Shown piece after piece: positions 1-10,625 of a stretch of 64,000 nucleotides of DNA. The number at the start of each line of letters is the position of its first letter. Position 1 is the stretch's first letter. Made by a program: the position numbers and the translations under genes. Under the pieces are notes generated by a model. That model was not told the origin of the DNA. It searched no databases and was given only the letters and a program-made list of their open reading frames with translations. Source of the DNA: Alphaproteobacteria bacterium (GTDB lineage Bacteria > Pseudomonadota > Alphaproteobacteria > Bin95); NCBI GenBank assembly GCA_965222315.1, contig OZ244951.1:4550146-4614145 (forward strand), given 5' to 3'.

Positions 1-1339
1 GGTCGTCGTTTGCCGGCGCCGCCGCCACCCGCGGTTCTCCCGTGGTGAGCGTGCCGGTCTTGTCGAAGACCACCATATCCACCTCGGCCAGGCGCTCCAA
101 CTCGGCCCCGTCTTTCAGGAAAATACCGCGCTTGAACAGGCGGGAACTCGCCACCGTGTGAACCGTCGGCACGGCCAGCGCCAGGGCGCACGGGCATGTA
201 ACAATCAGCACCGCGACCGCGACCTGCACGGCCAGATGAGCGTCACCCGCAACAAACAGCCATCCGGCAAACGCTGCCGCCGCGATGATATGGACGGCAG
301 GCGCATAGATCCTAGCGGCCCGGTCGGCGATCCGGTCGTACCGGCTGCGGCCACGCTCGGCGGCATCGACCATGCGGGCGATTTCCGCCAGCAGGGTGCC
401 GTCACCGGCTGCCGTCACCGTTACCTGCACCGCACCGGTCAGGTTCAGCATGCCGGCATGGACCGGCGCGCCTTCGGCGGCGGGCTCCGGCAGGCTTTCG
501 CCCGTGATCAGCGCGCGGTCCAATTCCGTTGCGCCTTCACGGACAACACCGTCGGCGGGAATGCGTTCGCCAGGCGCAATTTCGATCACCATCCCGACGG
601 TCAAGCCGGAGAGAGGCATGGGCTCGCGCCGCCCATCCGGCAGAACCCGCATGGCGCTCCGCCCGGTCATGGCCATCAATTCGGCGGCGGCGGAGCGGGC
701 GGTCGCCCTCGTACGGTGCTCCAGGTAACGGCCAATCAACAGGAAGAACAGCAGGGTAATCCCGGCATCGAAATAGGCATGCTCGCCGCCCTGCGCCGTT
801 TCCCAGACGGAAAAACCCGCCGCCAGCGTTACCGCCAGGCTGATAGGCACGTCCATGTTCATGCGCCGGACCTTCAGCGCGCTCCAGGCGCTGCGGAAGA
901 AGGGGATCCCGGCAAAGGCTATTGCGGGCAGTGCAATCAGGGCGGAAACCCAGTGCAACAGATCCCGTGTGGCGGCGTCCGCGCCGGACCAAACAGAGAT
1001 CGACAGCAGCATGACATTCATGGCCGCAAACCCGGCGACGCCCAACCGTAACAGCAGGTCACGGCCTTCTTTCTGGTTACCGCTGTTCCCGTGCAAGGCG
1101 GGGTCGAAGGGCCGCGCGGGATAGCCGATCCCGGTCAGCGCGGCGATCAAAGCGTCCGCGTCGGTCTCCAGCGGGTCGAACTCCGCCCGTGCTGTGTGCG
1201 CGGTAAGGTTGGCCCGCGCTGACAGCACGCCCGGCTGGGCCGCCAATTCCCGCTCAATCTTGTTCATGCAACCCGCACACTTCATGCCGGGGATCAGCAG
1301 GCTGACCTCAGCGGAGACGGGTGCGTGGTCGAACGGCAT
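1..1339 (-). CDS. fixI: Cu-translocating P1B-type ATPase FixI/CcoI (3' end outside the window)
   Basis: Manual translation from the ATG at 1339: MPFDHAPVSAEVSLLIPGMKCAGC (HMA motif), VLIVTCPCALALAVP (CPC motif), VVFDKTGTLT (phosphorylation motif). Follows fixH. Absent from the ORF track because it is open at the window edge. Confidence 0.93.
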   Translation of the reverse strand, partial: MPFDHAPVSAEVSLLIPGMKCAGCMNKIERELAAQPGVLSARANLTAHTARAEFDPLETDADALIAALTGIGYPARPFDPALHGNSGNQKEGRDLLLRLGVAGFAAMNVMLLSISVWSGADAATRDLLHWVSALIALPAIAFAGIPFFRSAWSALKVRRMNMDVPISLAVTLAAGFSVWETAQGGEHAYFDAGITLLFFLLIGRYLEHRTRATARSAAAELMAMTGRSAMRVLPDGRREPMPLSGLTVGMVIEIAPGERIPADGVVREGATELDRALITGESLPEPAAEGAPVHAGMLNLTGAVQVTVTAAGDGTLLAEIARMVDAAERGRSRYDRIADRAARIYAPAVHIIAAAAFAGWLFVAGDAHLAVQVAVAVLIVTCPCALALAVPTVHTVASSRLFKRGIFLKDGAELERLAEVDMVVFDKTGTLTTGEPRVAAAPANDD

Positions 1340-1341
1340 TG

Positions 1342-1797
1342 CTATTGCGCCCCTTGGACAAACAGTTCCGCCTGTTGAGAATAAGCCGGATAGTCGGGCG
1401 CGCTCAGGTCGATCCGCCAGACGCCGGGCGAGAGGGCAGCCTCGGCGCGATAACCATCGGGCGTGCCGGCCAGCGTGATTACCCGGTCCTCGGCGGCGCT
1501 CGACGGCCGTCCCAGGCGGGCCGACAGCGCGAGCCCCTGTACCGGCAACCCGTCCTTGCCGCGGATACGAACGAACAGTTGTTGCCCATTGTAGGACACG
1601 GCCGTTTTCCAGCCCAGCGCAGCCTGGGCTTCGCTCCGCTTGTTCCAACCCTGGCTGGCCACATAGGAGTTCTTGACCACCAATCCCGGAAAGCTGCCCA
1701 CCGCGGCCACCAGCATGGCGACGTTCGCGCCGACAATCACGGCAAACGCGCCGACAGCAATGGCCAGAACATGGCGTCCGTTCAGTTCCCTGGTCAT
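1342..1797 (-). CDS. fixH: FixH/CcoH cbb3 assembly protein
   Basis: MTRELNGRHVLAIAVGAFAVIVGANVAMLVAAVGSFPGLVVKNSYVASQ is FixH-like. The ATG at 1797 overlaps the fixG stop (ATGA). Confidence 0.9.
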   Translation of the reverse strand: MTRELNGRHVLAIAVGAFAVIVGANVAMLVAAVGSFPGLVVKNSYVASQGWNKRSEAQAALGWKTAVSYNGQQLFVRIRGKDGLPVQGLALSARLGRPSSAAEDRVITLAGTPDGYRAEAALSPGVWRIDLSAPDYPAYSQQAELFVQGAQ

Positions 1798-3221
1798 TCT
1801 GATGGTCCCTGGAAATGCGTGTCGTAGGGGCTGCGCTCCAATGTCATCAGATTCTCCACCCACAGCCTAACCGGCACGCGCTCCGGCAGATCGGAACCGG
1901 CCGGGGCCGTTAGGAAGACGCGCATCTTCTTCGTGTCGTCCGCTGGGACCAGTATAGCCGAGGCGTCCTCTCCCTGCACGTTCAACCGCAGGTAGGCATT
2001 TTCCGCGCTGGCCGACAGGCGGAACATGTTCGGTTCCGGGTTCCGGTTCTGGATGCGTACTTCATAGGTATTGCGGACCGAACCGTCGGACAGGGTCACA
2101 AACAATGGGTTGCGGTCATGTCGGACAGTCAGATCGATGGTATCGCGCAGGAACAGCGCCACCACCAAGCCAATGCCTACTGCACACCAAAGCGCAGTGT
2201 AGATGATAGTGCGGGGCCGGATCACGCGCTTCATAACCGGAAGCGGTGGCTGGCCTGCTATCTCCAGGTTCTCGTCCGCCAGGCTGCAATAGTCGATCAA
2301 TCCCCGCGGCTTGCCGACCTTTTCCATGATGTCGTCGCACGCGTCGATGCATAGCGCACAGGTGATGCAACCCAGCTGCTGGCCGTCCCGGATGTCAATG
2401 CCGGTCGGGCAGGCGGCGACACAGGCGTTGCAATCAATGCAATCGCCGAGCGCCTCCGCCCCTTCAGCCTTGCGGTGCCTGCCTCTGGGTTCGCCGCGCC
2501 AGTGCTTGTACGTCACGGTTAGCGAGTTCTCATCCAGCATGGCCGACTGGATACGCGGCCAGGGGCACATATAAAGGCAAACCTGCTCCCGCATGAATCC
2601 ACCCAGGATAAATGTCGTCGCCGTCAGCACCCCGATGGTGATGTAGGCAATGCTGCTTGCATTCCCGGTAAATATGTCGACGAACAGGGTCGGCGCGTCG
2701 GCGAAGTAGAACACCCAGGCGCCGCCGGTTGCCACTGAGATCAGCAGCCAAATGGTCCACTTCGTGCTGCGGCGGATGACCTTGTCCGCATTCCATGTGC
2801 GGTCCAGCAGACGGAACTGGGCGTTCCGGTCGCCGTCAATCCAGCGCTCGACTGCCTGGAACAGGTCCACCCAGACCGTCTGCGGGCAGGAATAACCGCA
2901 CCAGACCCGGCCCAAGACGGAAGTAAACAGGAACAGGCCGATACCTGCCATGATCAGCAGCCCGGCTATGTAGTAGAATTCCTGCGGCCAGATCTCGATC
3001 CAGAAGAAGAAGAACCGGCGGTTCTCGAGATCGATCAGCACTGCCTGGTCCGACACATGCGGTCCGCGGTCCCAGCGGATCCACGGCGTGATGTAGTAGA
3101 TCGCGAGCGTGACGCCCATGATCCACCACTTCAGCCGCCGGAAGGTGCCGTGGACCGCCTTCGGAAAGACGGCCTTGCGAGCGACGTAGAGTTGTTCGGG
3201 AAGTTCGTTTTGAGTCGACAC
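1794..3221 (-). CDS. fixG: CcoG/FixG cbb3 accessory protein (4Fe-4S, membrane)
   Basis: GRVWCGYSCPQTVW, EQVCLYMCPWPRIQ, CIDCNACVAACPTGIDIR, CITCALCIDAC. Start moved to the GTG at 3221 because the track's start at 3290 lies inside an FNR box. Confidence 0.93.
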   Translation of the reverse strand: MSTQNELPEQLYVARKAVFPKAVHGTFRRLKWWIMGVTLAIYYITPWIRWDRGPHVSDQAVLIDLENRRFFFFWIEIWPQEFYYIAGLLIMAGIGLFLFTSVLGRVWCGYSCPQTVWVDLFQAVERWIDGDRNAQFRLLDRTWNADKVIRRSTKWTIWLLISVATGGAWVFYFADAPTLFVDIFTGNASSIAYITIGVLTATTFILGGFMREQVCLYMCPWPRIQSAMLDENSLTVTYKHWRGEPRGRHRKAEGAEALGDCIDCNACVAACPTGIDIRDGQQLGCITCALCIDACDDIMEKVGKPRGLIDYCSLADENLEIAGQPPLPVMKRVIRPRTIIYTALWCAVGIGLVVALFLRDTIDLTVRHDRNPLFVTLSDGSVRNTYEVRIQNRNPEPNMFRLSASAENAYLRLNVQGEDASAILVPADDTKKMRVFLTAPAGSDLPERVPVRLWVENLMTLERSPYDTHFQGPSE

Positions 3222-3276
3222 GGCTGGCCCTATCGGATTGATGCCATGATAATCATTCGCATTGAGCTTGCGCGCC

Positions 3277-3290
3277 TTGACCTGCATCAA
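3277..3290. promoter_or_regulatory. FNR/FixK box upstream of fixGHI
   Basis: TTGAC-CTGC-ATCAA, one mismatch to TTGAT-N4-ATCAA, in the ccoP-fixG gap. Confidence 0.8.
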
Positions 3291-3355
3291 AACCGGGGGC
3301 CATGAGACCTTCGGTCTTAAGACTTGTTTCGCCGCAGGCGGACGCGTTTCCCGGT

Positions 3356-4225
3356 TTACTCTCCACCACCAAGGCTATGGACATAATGGGTGACCTGCTT
3401 GATCTCAGTCTCCGACAGCCGGTTCGACCAGGCCGGCATGACACCGAAGCGGGAATGGGTGATCGTGTGCACCACGTCCTCCCGGTCGCTGCCATAAAGC
3501 CAGATCGCATCGGCCAAGTTCGGTGCACCCTGCTCCCGGTCACCGAGGCCGGCATCGCCATGGCAGGCAGCGCAGTTCTCGGCGAAAAGGGTGGCGCCCT
3601 CCGGCGTTGCCTCGGCCATGCCAGACAGTGACAGAACGTAGTCCGCAACCACGGCGATCTGTTTGTGGGTCAGAATTTGCAAGTCGCCAAATGCGGGCAT
3701 CTCGCTATAACGGGTGTCGTCGTCGCCTTCCCAGCGGATGCCGTGTTTCAGCGTCTGGTAGATCGCGTCATGCGAGCCGCCCCAAAGCCAGTTATCGTCC
3801 TGGAGGTTCGGGTAGCCTTTCGCGCCGGCCGCGCCCGCACCATGACATTGAGAGCAATAGGTCCGGTAGATCGCCGCGCCGCCGGACTGCGCAAACGCAT
3901 TCAGGTCTGCGTCCGCCGCAATTTCCGTGAAATCGGCGGCAGCAACGCGGTCGGCAATGTCCGCATTTTTCGCGGCATGGACGTCTAAGGTCTCCGCCAG
4001 TTCCCCGCGGGAGGAATACCCCAGCACACCGGTCGTCGCCGACGAAATCAGTGGCCATGCGGGGTAGGCGATGGTGTAGCCGATGCCCCAGACGATGGTG
4101 ATATAGAAGGTCCAAAGCCACCAACGGGGCAGCGGCGTATCAAGCTCCGTGATTCCATCCCACTCGTGACGGGTCGTTTGAGTCCCGGTGATTTCGTCGC
4201 GCTCTGGCACCTGGTCATTCGCCAT
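3356..4225 (-). CDS. ccoP: cbb3-type cytochrome c oxidase subunit III
   Basis: HEWDGITELDTPLPRWW N-terminus and two CxxCH motifs (CSQCH, CAACH). Confidence 0.96.
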   Translation of the reverse strand: MANDQVPERDEITGTQTTRHEWDGITELDTPLPRWWLWTFYITIVWGIGYTIAYPAWPLISSATTGVLGYSSRGELAETLDVHAAKNADIADRVAAADFTEIAADADLNAFAQSGGAAIYRTYCSQCHGAGAAGAKGYPNLQDDNWLWGGSHDAIYQTLKHGIRWEGDDDTRYSEMPAFGDLQILTHKQIAVVADYVLSLSGMAEATPEGATLFAENCAACHGDAGLGDREQGAPNLADAIWLYGSDREDVVHTITHSRFGVMPAWSNRLSETEIKQVTHYVHSLGGGE

Positions 4226-4228
4226 GGC

Positions 4229-4393
4229 TCAGTCCTCCAACCGGTCGTTGCGCAGGGGGATTTGGGCAATATCGTCATGCTTGCGGCGCGAACCCGGCCG
4301 CCAGGTCCAAACCACCAAGCCCAAGAAAAACAGGAACATCGCGAGCAGCGCCCAGCTATCGGCGAATTCGCGGAGAGTTGAATAAGTGTCCAT
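4229..4393 (-). CDS. ccoQ: cbb3-type cytochrome c oxidase subunit IV (54 aa)
   Basis: Manual translation MDTYSTLREFADSWALLAMFLFFLGLVVWTWRPGSRRKHDDIAQIPLRNDRLED between ccoO and ccoP. Below the ORF-track length cutoff. Confidence 0.93.
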   Translation of the reverse strand: MDTYSTLREFADSWALLAMFLFFLGLVVWTWRPGSRRKHDDIAQIPLRNDRLED

Positions 4394-4404
4394 CCCTGCC
4401 TCCC

Positions 4405-5181
4405 TTACCGGTAGTTGGCCTCGGCCTCGTAGGCCGAGAAGTCCACGAGGGTGCCAAGCATCTGCATATAAGCAATTAGCGCATCCAGCTCGGAAATCCT
4501 GGCCTGGCCGTCGAAGTTCCGGACCTGTGCTTTCGGATAACGGGCGAGAAGGTCATCGGCGCCGTCATGGTCCGGATTGACCTGCGCATGGATGTCCGTG
4601 ACCGCGGCCTCGATCATCTCGGCAGTATAAGGCACGCCCAAGCTGCGGTTCGCCTCCAGATGACCAGCCACATGCTTGAAGTCCAGCCGCGTCTCCGCCA
4701 GCCAAGGGTAAGACGGCATGATGCTCTCCGGCACCAGTGCCCGCGGGTCCGTCATGTGATCCACGTGCCATTCATCCGAATATCGGCCGCCGACCCGCGC
4801 CAGATCCGGCCCCGTCCGCTTGGAGCCCCACTGGAACGGACGGTCGTACATGCTCTCCGCCGCCAGCGAGTAGTGGCCATAACGCTCGACCTCGTCCCGC
4901 ATCGGCCGAATCATCTGGCTGTGGCAGGTGTAGCAGCCTTCGCGGATATAGATCTGCCGCCCCAACAGTTCCAACGGCGAGTAAGGCCGCATCCCGGTGA
5001 CCTTCTCGATCGTGTTCTGCAGATAGAACAGCGGCACAATTTCGACGATCCCACCGATGGCGACGACGATCAGTGATAGCACCAGCAGCAGCGTCGCATG
5101 ACGCTCGATCTTGCCATGATGGCGGAGGATTTTTTGCGTCGTGGTTGTCGGCGTCGAGGTTGATTGATTTTGATCGGTCAT
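4405..5181 (-). CDS. ccoO: cbb3-type cytochrome c oxidase subunit II
   Basis: [34 protein letters not shown]. Confidence 0.97.
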   Translation of the reverse strand: MTDQNQSTSTPTTTTQKILRHHGKIERHATLLLVLSLIVVAIGGIVEIVPLFYLQNTIEKVTGMRPYSPLELLGRQIYIREGCYTCHSQMIRPMRDEVERYGHYSLAAESMYDRPFQWGSKRTGPDLARVGGRYSDEWHVDHMTDPRALVPESIMPSYPWLAETRLDFKHVAGHLEANRSLGVPYTAEMIEAAVTDIHAQVNPDHDGADDLLARYPKAQVRNFDGQARISELDALIAYMQMLGTLVDFSAYEAEANYR

Positions 5182-5272
5182 TTTCCGGCCTCTTCGCCAA
5201 AGAAATCCCTAGAAATGGTCGCGCATGCCTTCGCTCCGCATGCACCGTTTTTCTTGATACCCGCCATGCCGC

Positions 5273-6883
5273 TTACTCCGCTGGCACCGCTGCAGGGCTG
5301 GTGTCGGGGCTCTCGCCCCGTACCCGCCGCCGGCCGGTCTGGTAAAGGTTCCAAACCATGATCAGCGCACCAACCAGGTACATGACCCCGCCCAAACCGC
5401 GCACGACGTACATGGGCATCTTGGCGGCGACGGTGTCGGCGAAGGAGTTCACCAGGAAGCCGTAGGCATCGGTCTCGCGCCACATCAGACCTTCCATGAT
5501 GCCTGTCACCCACATGGACGAGGCGTAGAGCACAATGCCGATGGTCGCGAGCCAGAAGTGCCAACTCACCATGCTGAGGGAGTAGAGCTGCTTGGCGCCC
5601 CACAACCGCGGCACGAGGAAGTACAATGCGCCAAAGGTGATCATGCCGTTCCAGCCAAGTGCGCCGGAATGCACGTGCCCGATCGTCCAGTCGGTGTAGT
5701 GCGAAAGCGAGTTCACCGCCTTGATCGACATCATCGGGCCTTCGAACGTCGCCATGCCGTAGAAACCGACGCTGACCACCAGCATCCGCAGGACCGGGTC
5801 GGTCCGCAGCTTGTCCCATGCGCCTTGCAGGGTCATCAGGCCGTTGATCATACCACCCCAGGACGGCATCCACAGAATGACCGAGAACACCATACCCAGC
5901 GTCTGCGCCCAGTCGGGCAGCGCCGTATAGTGCAGGTGGTGCGGCCCGGCCCAGATGTAGAGGAAGATCAGCGCCCAGAAGTGGATGATCGACAGCTTGT
6001 AGGAATAGATCGGCCGCTCAGCCTGCTTCGGAATGAAGTAGTACATCATGCCGAGGAAGCCGGCCGTCAGGAAAAACCCAACCGCGTTATGTCCGTACCA
6101 CCACTGGGTCAGCGCATCCTGCACCCCGGAAAACACGCTGTAGCTTGTCGAACCAAGGAAAGACGCCGGTATGCTCAGGTTGCGGACGACATGCAGCATC
6201 GCGACGGTGACGATAAAGGCCAGAAAGAACCAGTTCGCCACGTAGATGTGCGGTTCCTTGCGCTTGATCAGCGTGCCGAGGAACACCAGCAGGTAGGCGA
6301 CCCAGACGACCGTTAACAACAGGTCCACATGCCAGGGCAGTTCGGCATATTCCTTGCTCTCGGACCCACCGAAGACATAGGCCGTCGCCGCCAGCACGAT
6401 TACCAGCTGATAGCCCCAGAACACCCACCAGGCCGTCTCACCGCCCCAGAGCCGCGCGGCGCAGGTGCGCTGCACGATGTAGAACGACGTCGCGATCAGC
6501 GCGTTACCGCCGAACGCAAAGATCACCGCCGATGTATGCAGCGGACGCAACCGTCCGAACGAGGTGAACGGCAAGTCCAGGTTCAGGACCGGAAACGCCA
6601 GTTGGAACGCGATGTAAGTTCCGGCCAGGAACCCGACCACGCCCCAAAGCGTTGTCGCGATCACACCGGCTCTGACCACACCATCATTGTAGCCGGTATC
6701 CGGAAAGCGGTCGTCCGCCGGGGCGTCCGGCTCCTGCCGCATGGTCCAGATGAAGAATATGGAAGCAGCCGCGATCAGGACCAGCGAGTTGATGCGGAAG
6801 GCAAGATCATGCCCCTGGTCTGCGCCTATGGCGCCCAGCAGGATGACGATGCCAGCGAGGGTCAGTTTCACGGCAATAAGCAC
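5273..6883 (-). CDS. ccoN: cbb3-type cytochrome c oxidase subunit I
   Basis: [48 protein letters not shown]. Confidence 0.97.
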   Translation of the reverse strand: MLIAVKLTLAGIVILLGAIGADQGHDLAFRINSLVLIAAASIFFIWTMRQEPDAPADDRFPDTGYNDGVVRAGVIATTLWGVVGFLAGTYIAFQLAFPVLNLDLPFTSFGRLRPLHTSAVIFAFGGNALIATSFYIVQRTCAARLWGGETAWWVFWGYQLVIVLAATAYVFGGSESKEYAELPWHVDLLLTVVWVAYLLVFLGTLIKRKEPHIYVANWFFLAFIVTVAMLHVVRNLSIPASFLGSTSYSVFSGVQDALTQWWYGHNAVGFFLTAGFLGMMYYFIPKQAERPIYSYKLSIIHFWALIFLYIWAGPHHLHYTALPDWAQTLGMVFSVILWMPSWGGMINGLMTLQGAWDKLRTDPVLRMLVVSVGFYGMATFEGPMMSIKAVNSLSHYTDWTIGHVHSGALGWNGMITFGALYFLVPRLWGAKQLYSLSMVSWHFWLATIGIVLYASSMWVTGIMEGLMWRETDAYGFLVNSFADTVAAKMPMYVVRGLGGVMYLVGALIMVWNLYQTGRRRVRGESPDTSPAAVPAE

Positions 6884-6959
6884 GGCGTCTCTCCGGACCG
6901 GTAATGACTGAAAGCTGGAGTTACAAGATTATGTCTCGCACGAATTATTACGTGCTTCT

Positions 6960-6973
6960 TTGATCTGCATCAA
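6960..6973. promoter_or_regulatory. FNR/FixK box upstream of ccoNOQP
   Basis: Perfect TTGAT-CTGC-ATCAA about 77 nt upstream of the ccoN start. Confidence 0.9.
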
Positions 6974-7046
6974 CTGCCCAGGATTCCTCGTGTTTTAGGC
7001 CGAAAGTACTGGTTTCGGACCGCTATAAACCACGGGCGGTTGCCCG

Positions 7047-8285
7047 CTATTCCGCTACGCGTGCCCTGCGCGGTTTGCCACTCGCGGCGAGCACCAGCAT
7101 GCCGAGCACCCCCAGTGCGGCGAACCCGGCCGTCACCGGCACCACAAGGTCATAACCACCCACCTCCCAGATCAGGGACCCGATATGCGGGGCGAAAGCG
7201 AAGCCGACCAGGTAGGGCAAAGCCAGCCAACCCGCGATTGCGCCAAAGCCGGTCCGCCCCAGAAAGTCCGCCGTAATCGCGGGCTTGATGATGCTGGTCA
7301 GACCATAAGAACCGCCCTGAAACACGGCGAAGCCAAACGCGAATATGGGAGAGACGCCAGCAAACATCAGCAAGAGCGCGGCAATCACCACGCCGCCGAA
7401 GGCGAACACCGCCACATTCATCGTGGCCACCCGATTACCGACCAGGGTCAGAATGATGCGGCCGGTCACCTGCATCGGCCCGATGGTGGAGGCAACCAGC
7501 ACCGCCGTCGTGAGCGCGATGCCCTTTTCCGTCAGTAGCGGCATAATGTGGTTTAGCAGGATGCCGTGATTGAGCGCCATGATTGGGAAGGCAAGAGCGA
7601 TAATCCAGAATTGCGGCTTCTTGAGTGCCGCCAGCAACGCTGCCTTGTTCTCGGATTTGGGCACGGGCTTGGCCGATTCGCCCGCAGCCTCCTCCAACAG
7701 CGCCGCGCCGATAAAGAGCGCCGGCGCCGCCACGAAAGCCGCGGCGGCAGCGAAGACCAGGGCCGTGGTGCGCCAGTCGGTGGCGTCGATGAGAGCTGCG
7801 GCTGACAGAAAACTCACGGTGGAGGCAAAGCCTGCCATCAAGGTGATCCTGGTAATGGCCGGGCGGGCATCCGCACCTTTCGCCCGCGTGACGACCGAAA
7901 AGCAGGGCTCGTAGAGGCAGAACGCCTGCGCCGCGCCCATCACGACCCAGGCCGCAATGTAAGCCTCGACGCTCTCCACTTGCGACAGCCAGGCAAGGCC
8001 GCCCGCCCCCACGAGCGCACCGAAGCCCAGCACCCTGCGCCCATGGCCCGCATCGATCAGCCTGCCGGCCAACGGCGAACACGCCGCCGCTGCCAGGATC
8101 GCCAGGGTCAGGCCCAGGGTCAGGTCTGTCTTGTCCCAACCTAGGTCCTGCTCCCAGGTCAGGAGCAGTGCGGCGAACACGTAGAATATACAGGCCCAAA
8201 TCGTCGTCTCCCCAATCCCGAGGAGCCAGACACCCAGAGAGGACGCGCGGGCGGGCCGGCCGGCGGCAAAAGCTGAAATGCTCAT
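7047..8285 (-). CDS. MFS transporter
   Basis: About 12 hydrophobic segments and MFS motif A (GRLIDAGHGRR). Confidence 0.88.
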   Translation of the reverse strand: MSISAFAAGRPARASSLGVWLLGIGETTIWACIFYVFAALLLTWEQDLGWDKTDLTLGLTLAILAAAACSPLAGRLIDAGHGRRVLGFGALVGAGGLAWLSQVESVEAYIAAWVVMGAAQAFCLYEPCFSVVTRAKGADARPAITRITLMAGFASTVSFLSAAALIDATDWRTTALVFAAAAAFVAAPALFIGAALLEEAAGESAKPVPKSENKAALLAALKKPQFWIIALAFPIMALNHGILLNHIMPLLTEKGIALTTAVLVASTIGPMQVTGRIILTLVGNRVATMNVAVFAFGGVVIAALLLMFAGVSPIFAFGFAVFQGGSYGLTSIIKPAITADFLGRTGFGAIAGWLALPYLVGFAFAPHIGSLIWEVGGYDLVVPVTAGFAALGVLGMLVLAASGKPRRARVAE

Positions 8286-8294
8286 CTGTGCAGT

Positions 8295-8708
8295 CTAGGC
8301 CGGTTCGAACATGGGCAGCGTGACCTCATCGGTAACGTCGTCATAGCAAACCTTGACCTTCATCCCGATTTTGACGCTCTCGGGGTCGCAATTGACGATA
8401 TTGGTCATCATGCGCGGCCCTTCGGCCAAATCCACAATGGCCAGCACGAACGGCGTTTTCGCCGCGAAGCCGGGATGGCCGGCGCGGTAATTGACGGAAC
8501 AGGAATACACGGTTGCCTCGCCGCTGGCCTCAATCCATTCAAGATCGCTGGAAAGGCAATGACTGCACACGCCACGCGGGTAGAACTGGGTTTGGCCACA
8601 TTCCTTGCATTTTTGGATGATGAAGCGATGTTCCTTCGCCGCTTTCCAGTACTCTTCCGTATCCTGGTAGGGGGTCGGTAATGGTATCTGGTTTGGGGTT
8701 TCGCTCAT
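8295..8708 (-). CDS. DUF35 Zn-ribbon/OB-fold protein
   Basis: QKCKECG...YPRGVCSHC, VDLAEGPRMMTNIV. ATG at 8708 immediately after the thiolase gene. Confidence 0.9.
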   Translation of the reverse strand: MSETPNQIPLPTPYQDTEEYWKAAKEHRFIIQKCKECGQTQFYPRGVCSHCLSSDLEWIEASGEATVYSCSVNYRAGHPGFAAKTPFVLAIVDLAEGPRMMTNIVNCDPESVKIGMKVKVCYDDVTDEVTLPMFEPA

Positions 8709-8712
8709 GGAC

Positions 8713-9882
8713 TTACTCCCGCCCGAGGATAATGGTGCCGGTGGACGACAGCACGCCGCCGGTACCGTTGGCGATGGCGACTTGCGCATCGTCCACCTGC
8801 CGCGGCCCGGACTCGCCGCGCAATTGGCGCACGGCCTCAATGACGGTGAAAATGCCGAACATGCCGGGATGAGTGTAGCTGAGCGCGCCGCCTTGGGTGT
8901 TCATCGGAAAATCGCCGCCGGGTGCGGTGCGCTGGCCGGAGACGAAGGCCCCGCCTTCCCCCTTCTTGCAAAAGCCGAGGCTCTCCAGCGTCAGTAGTAC
9001 GGTGATGGTGAAGCTGTCGTAGATCTCCGCCACGTCGATATCGGCATGGGTGACGCCGGCCCGCTCGAACGCCAGCTTGCCGCTGATCTTGGCCGCCGTC
9101 TCTGTCAGGTCGGGCATCTGGCTGATCATGCGGTGGGTGTGGGCCTCGCCGGTGCCGAGCACGCTGACCGGACGCTTTTTCAGGTCCTTGGCGCGTTCCA
9201 TGGAAGTGAGGACGACCGCGCCGCCCGCATCCGTCACCAGGCAGCAGTCCAGCAGGTGCAGCGGCGAGGCGATCATGCGGGAATTCATTACATCGTCGAT
9301 GGTGATCCGGTCTCGCATCCGCGCCAGCGGGTTCATGCTGGCCCAATGCCGGGTTGCAACCGCGATCTCCGCTAATTGCTCGCTGGTCGTGCCGTATTCG
9401 TGCATGTGGCGCGCGGCGGCGAGCGCATAGCTGCCGACGGTGGAGACGCCATAGGGCTCCTCGAACTGAGTCGGCCCGAAGATGTGGCTCGCGCCAGACA
9501 CCGGCCCGGCGCGCCCGCCCCGGTCGGAGATGTTGGTGGAGCCGTGGCAGATCAGGGCGACCTCGCACAGGCCCGTCGCAATCGCCATCGCCGCGTGCTC
9601 GACGTAAGCCACGAACGACGAGCCGCCGATGGAGGTCGAGTCGGTATAGCGGGGCGTGATCCCCATATATTCCGCCATCATCATGGAGGAAAACTGACCG
9701 CCGTCCGTAATGATGGTGGTGAAGACGCCGTCCACGTCGTCTTTGGTCAGGCCGGCCTCATCCAGCGCCTTTTTGCTTGCTTCGGCGGAGAGTTGGAATT
9801 TGCTTTTGTGCGGCACGCGGCCGATGTCGCTCTCCGCGACGCCGACAATCGCCACTTTGCGATGCAGGTCTTTGGGATCCAA
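8713..9882 (-). CDS. SCP2-like thiolase superfamily protein
   Basis: KVAIVGVAES, LHLLDCCLVTDAGGA, AEIYDSFT, NTQGGALSYTHPG. Paired with the DUF35 gene. Confidence 0.9.
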   Translation of the reverse strand: MDPKDLHRKVAIVGVAESDIGRVPHKSKFQLSAEASKKALDEAGLTKDDVDGVFTTIITDGGQFSSMMMAEYMGITPRYTDSTSIGGSSFVAYVEHAAMAIATGLCEVALICHGSTNISDRGGRAGPVSGASHIFGPTQFEEPYGVSTVGSYALAAARHMHEYGTTSEQLAEIAVATRHWASMNPLARMRDRITIDDVMNSRMIASPLHLLDCCLVTDAGGAVVLTSMERAKDLKKRPVSVLGTGEAHTHRMISQMPDLTETAAKISGKLAFERAGVTHADIDVAEIYDSFTITVLLTLESLGFCKKGEGGAFVSGQRTAPGGDFPMNTQGGALSYTHPGMFGIFTVIEAVRQLRGESGPRQVDDAQVAIANGTGGVLSSTGTIILGRE

Positions 9883-10014
9883 GGGGCGGTTCCTCCATTC
9901 CGGATTTGTTAGCAGTTTAGGCTATTGGCGCGAAAACGGTAGCGCCAAGCTGCCGGCGCGGCGAGCCGGACAGGACCGATAATCTAAAAACACGCTGTGG
10001 CACCGGGGCCTGAA

Positions 10015-10043
10015 CTTGAAAAAATCACCGTCAAATCCCATCT
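10015..10043 (+). promoter_or_regulatory. RpoH (sigma32)-type promoter of the sHsp gene
   Basis: CTTGAA-N16-CCCATCT upstream of a small heat-shock gene. Confidence 0.75.
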
Positions 10044-10161
10044 GATTACCTCGGCAGGCCGTACAATGTAGGCTGCCGAAGCAGTTGTGACGCCGCTAGA
10101 CGGGTCACGTGTTTTCCCGTGCCAGCGTTCGCTTGGCTAGACGCATTATGGAGGTGCGCAA

Positions 10162-10620
10162 GTGTCACGGGTTTCGTTATTTGACAGCCCCCTGCTGCTG
10201 GGCTTCGACCGAATCGAGCGGATGCTCGACAGCGTGTCGAAAGCTTCGGCCGAAGGCTATCCCCCCTACAACATCGAGCAGTTGAGCGCCAATTCGCTGC
10301 GAATCACACTTGCCGTCGCCGGTTTTACCGAGAATGACCTGGATGTTGCCGTTGAAGGCAACGAATTGGTCATTCGCGGCCGCCAGGCCGAAGACGAGCA
10401 GGAGCGGGTCTTTCTGCACCGCGGTATTGCCGCCCGGCAGTTTAAGAGGCGCTTTCTGGTCGCCGAAGGAATTGAAGTGCGAAGCGCAAGCCTGAAACAT
10501 GGCCTGCTGCTCATCGATCTTGTCCGCCCGGAGCCCGCCGTGCGCAGCCGCACCATCGAGATCCGCACCGGAGAAGACTCCAATACTGACCAATTCGCTA
10601 TCAACGCAGGGGAGAGCTAA
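10162..10620 (+). CDS. Hsp20/IbpA-family small heat shock protein
   Basis: LLGFDR...YPPYNIE...ITLAVAGF...FLHRGIAARQFKRRF. Confidence 0.95.
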   Translation: MSRVSLFDSPLLLGFDRIERMLDSVSKASAEGYPPYNIEQLSANSLRITLAVAGFTENDLDVAVEGNELVIRGRQAEDEQERVFLHRGIAARQFKRRFLVAEGIEVRSASLKHGLLLIDLVRPEPAVRSRTIEIRTGEDSNTDQFAINAGES

Positions 10621-10625
10621 TCACC

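Noticed and set aside
158-1051. 297-aa + strand ORF
   Set aside because: Lies antisense to fixI, which carries clear HMA, CPC and DKTGT motifs.
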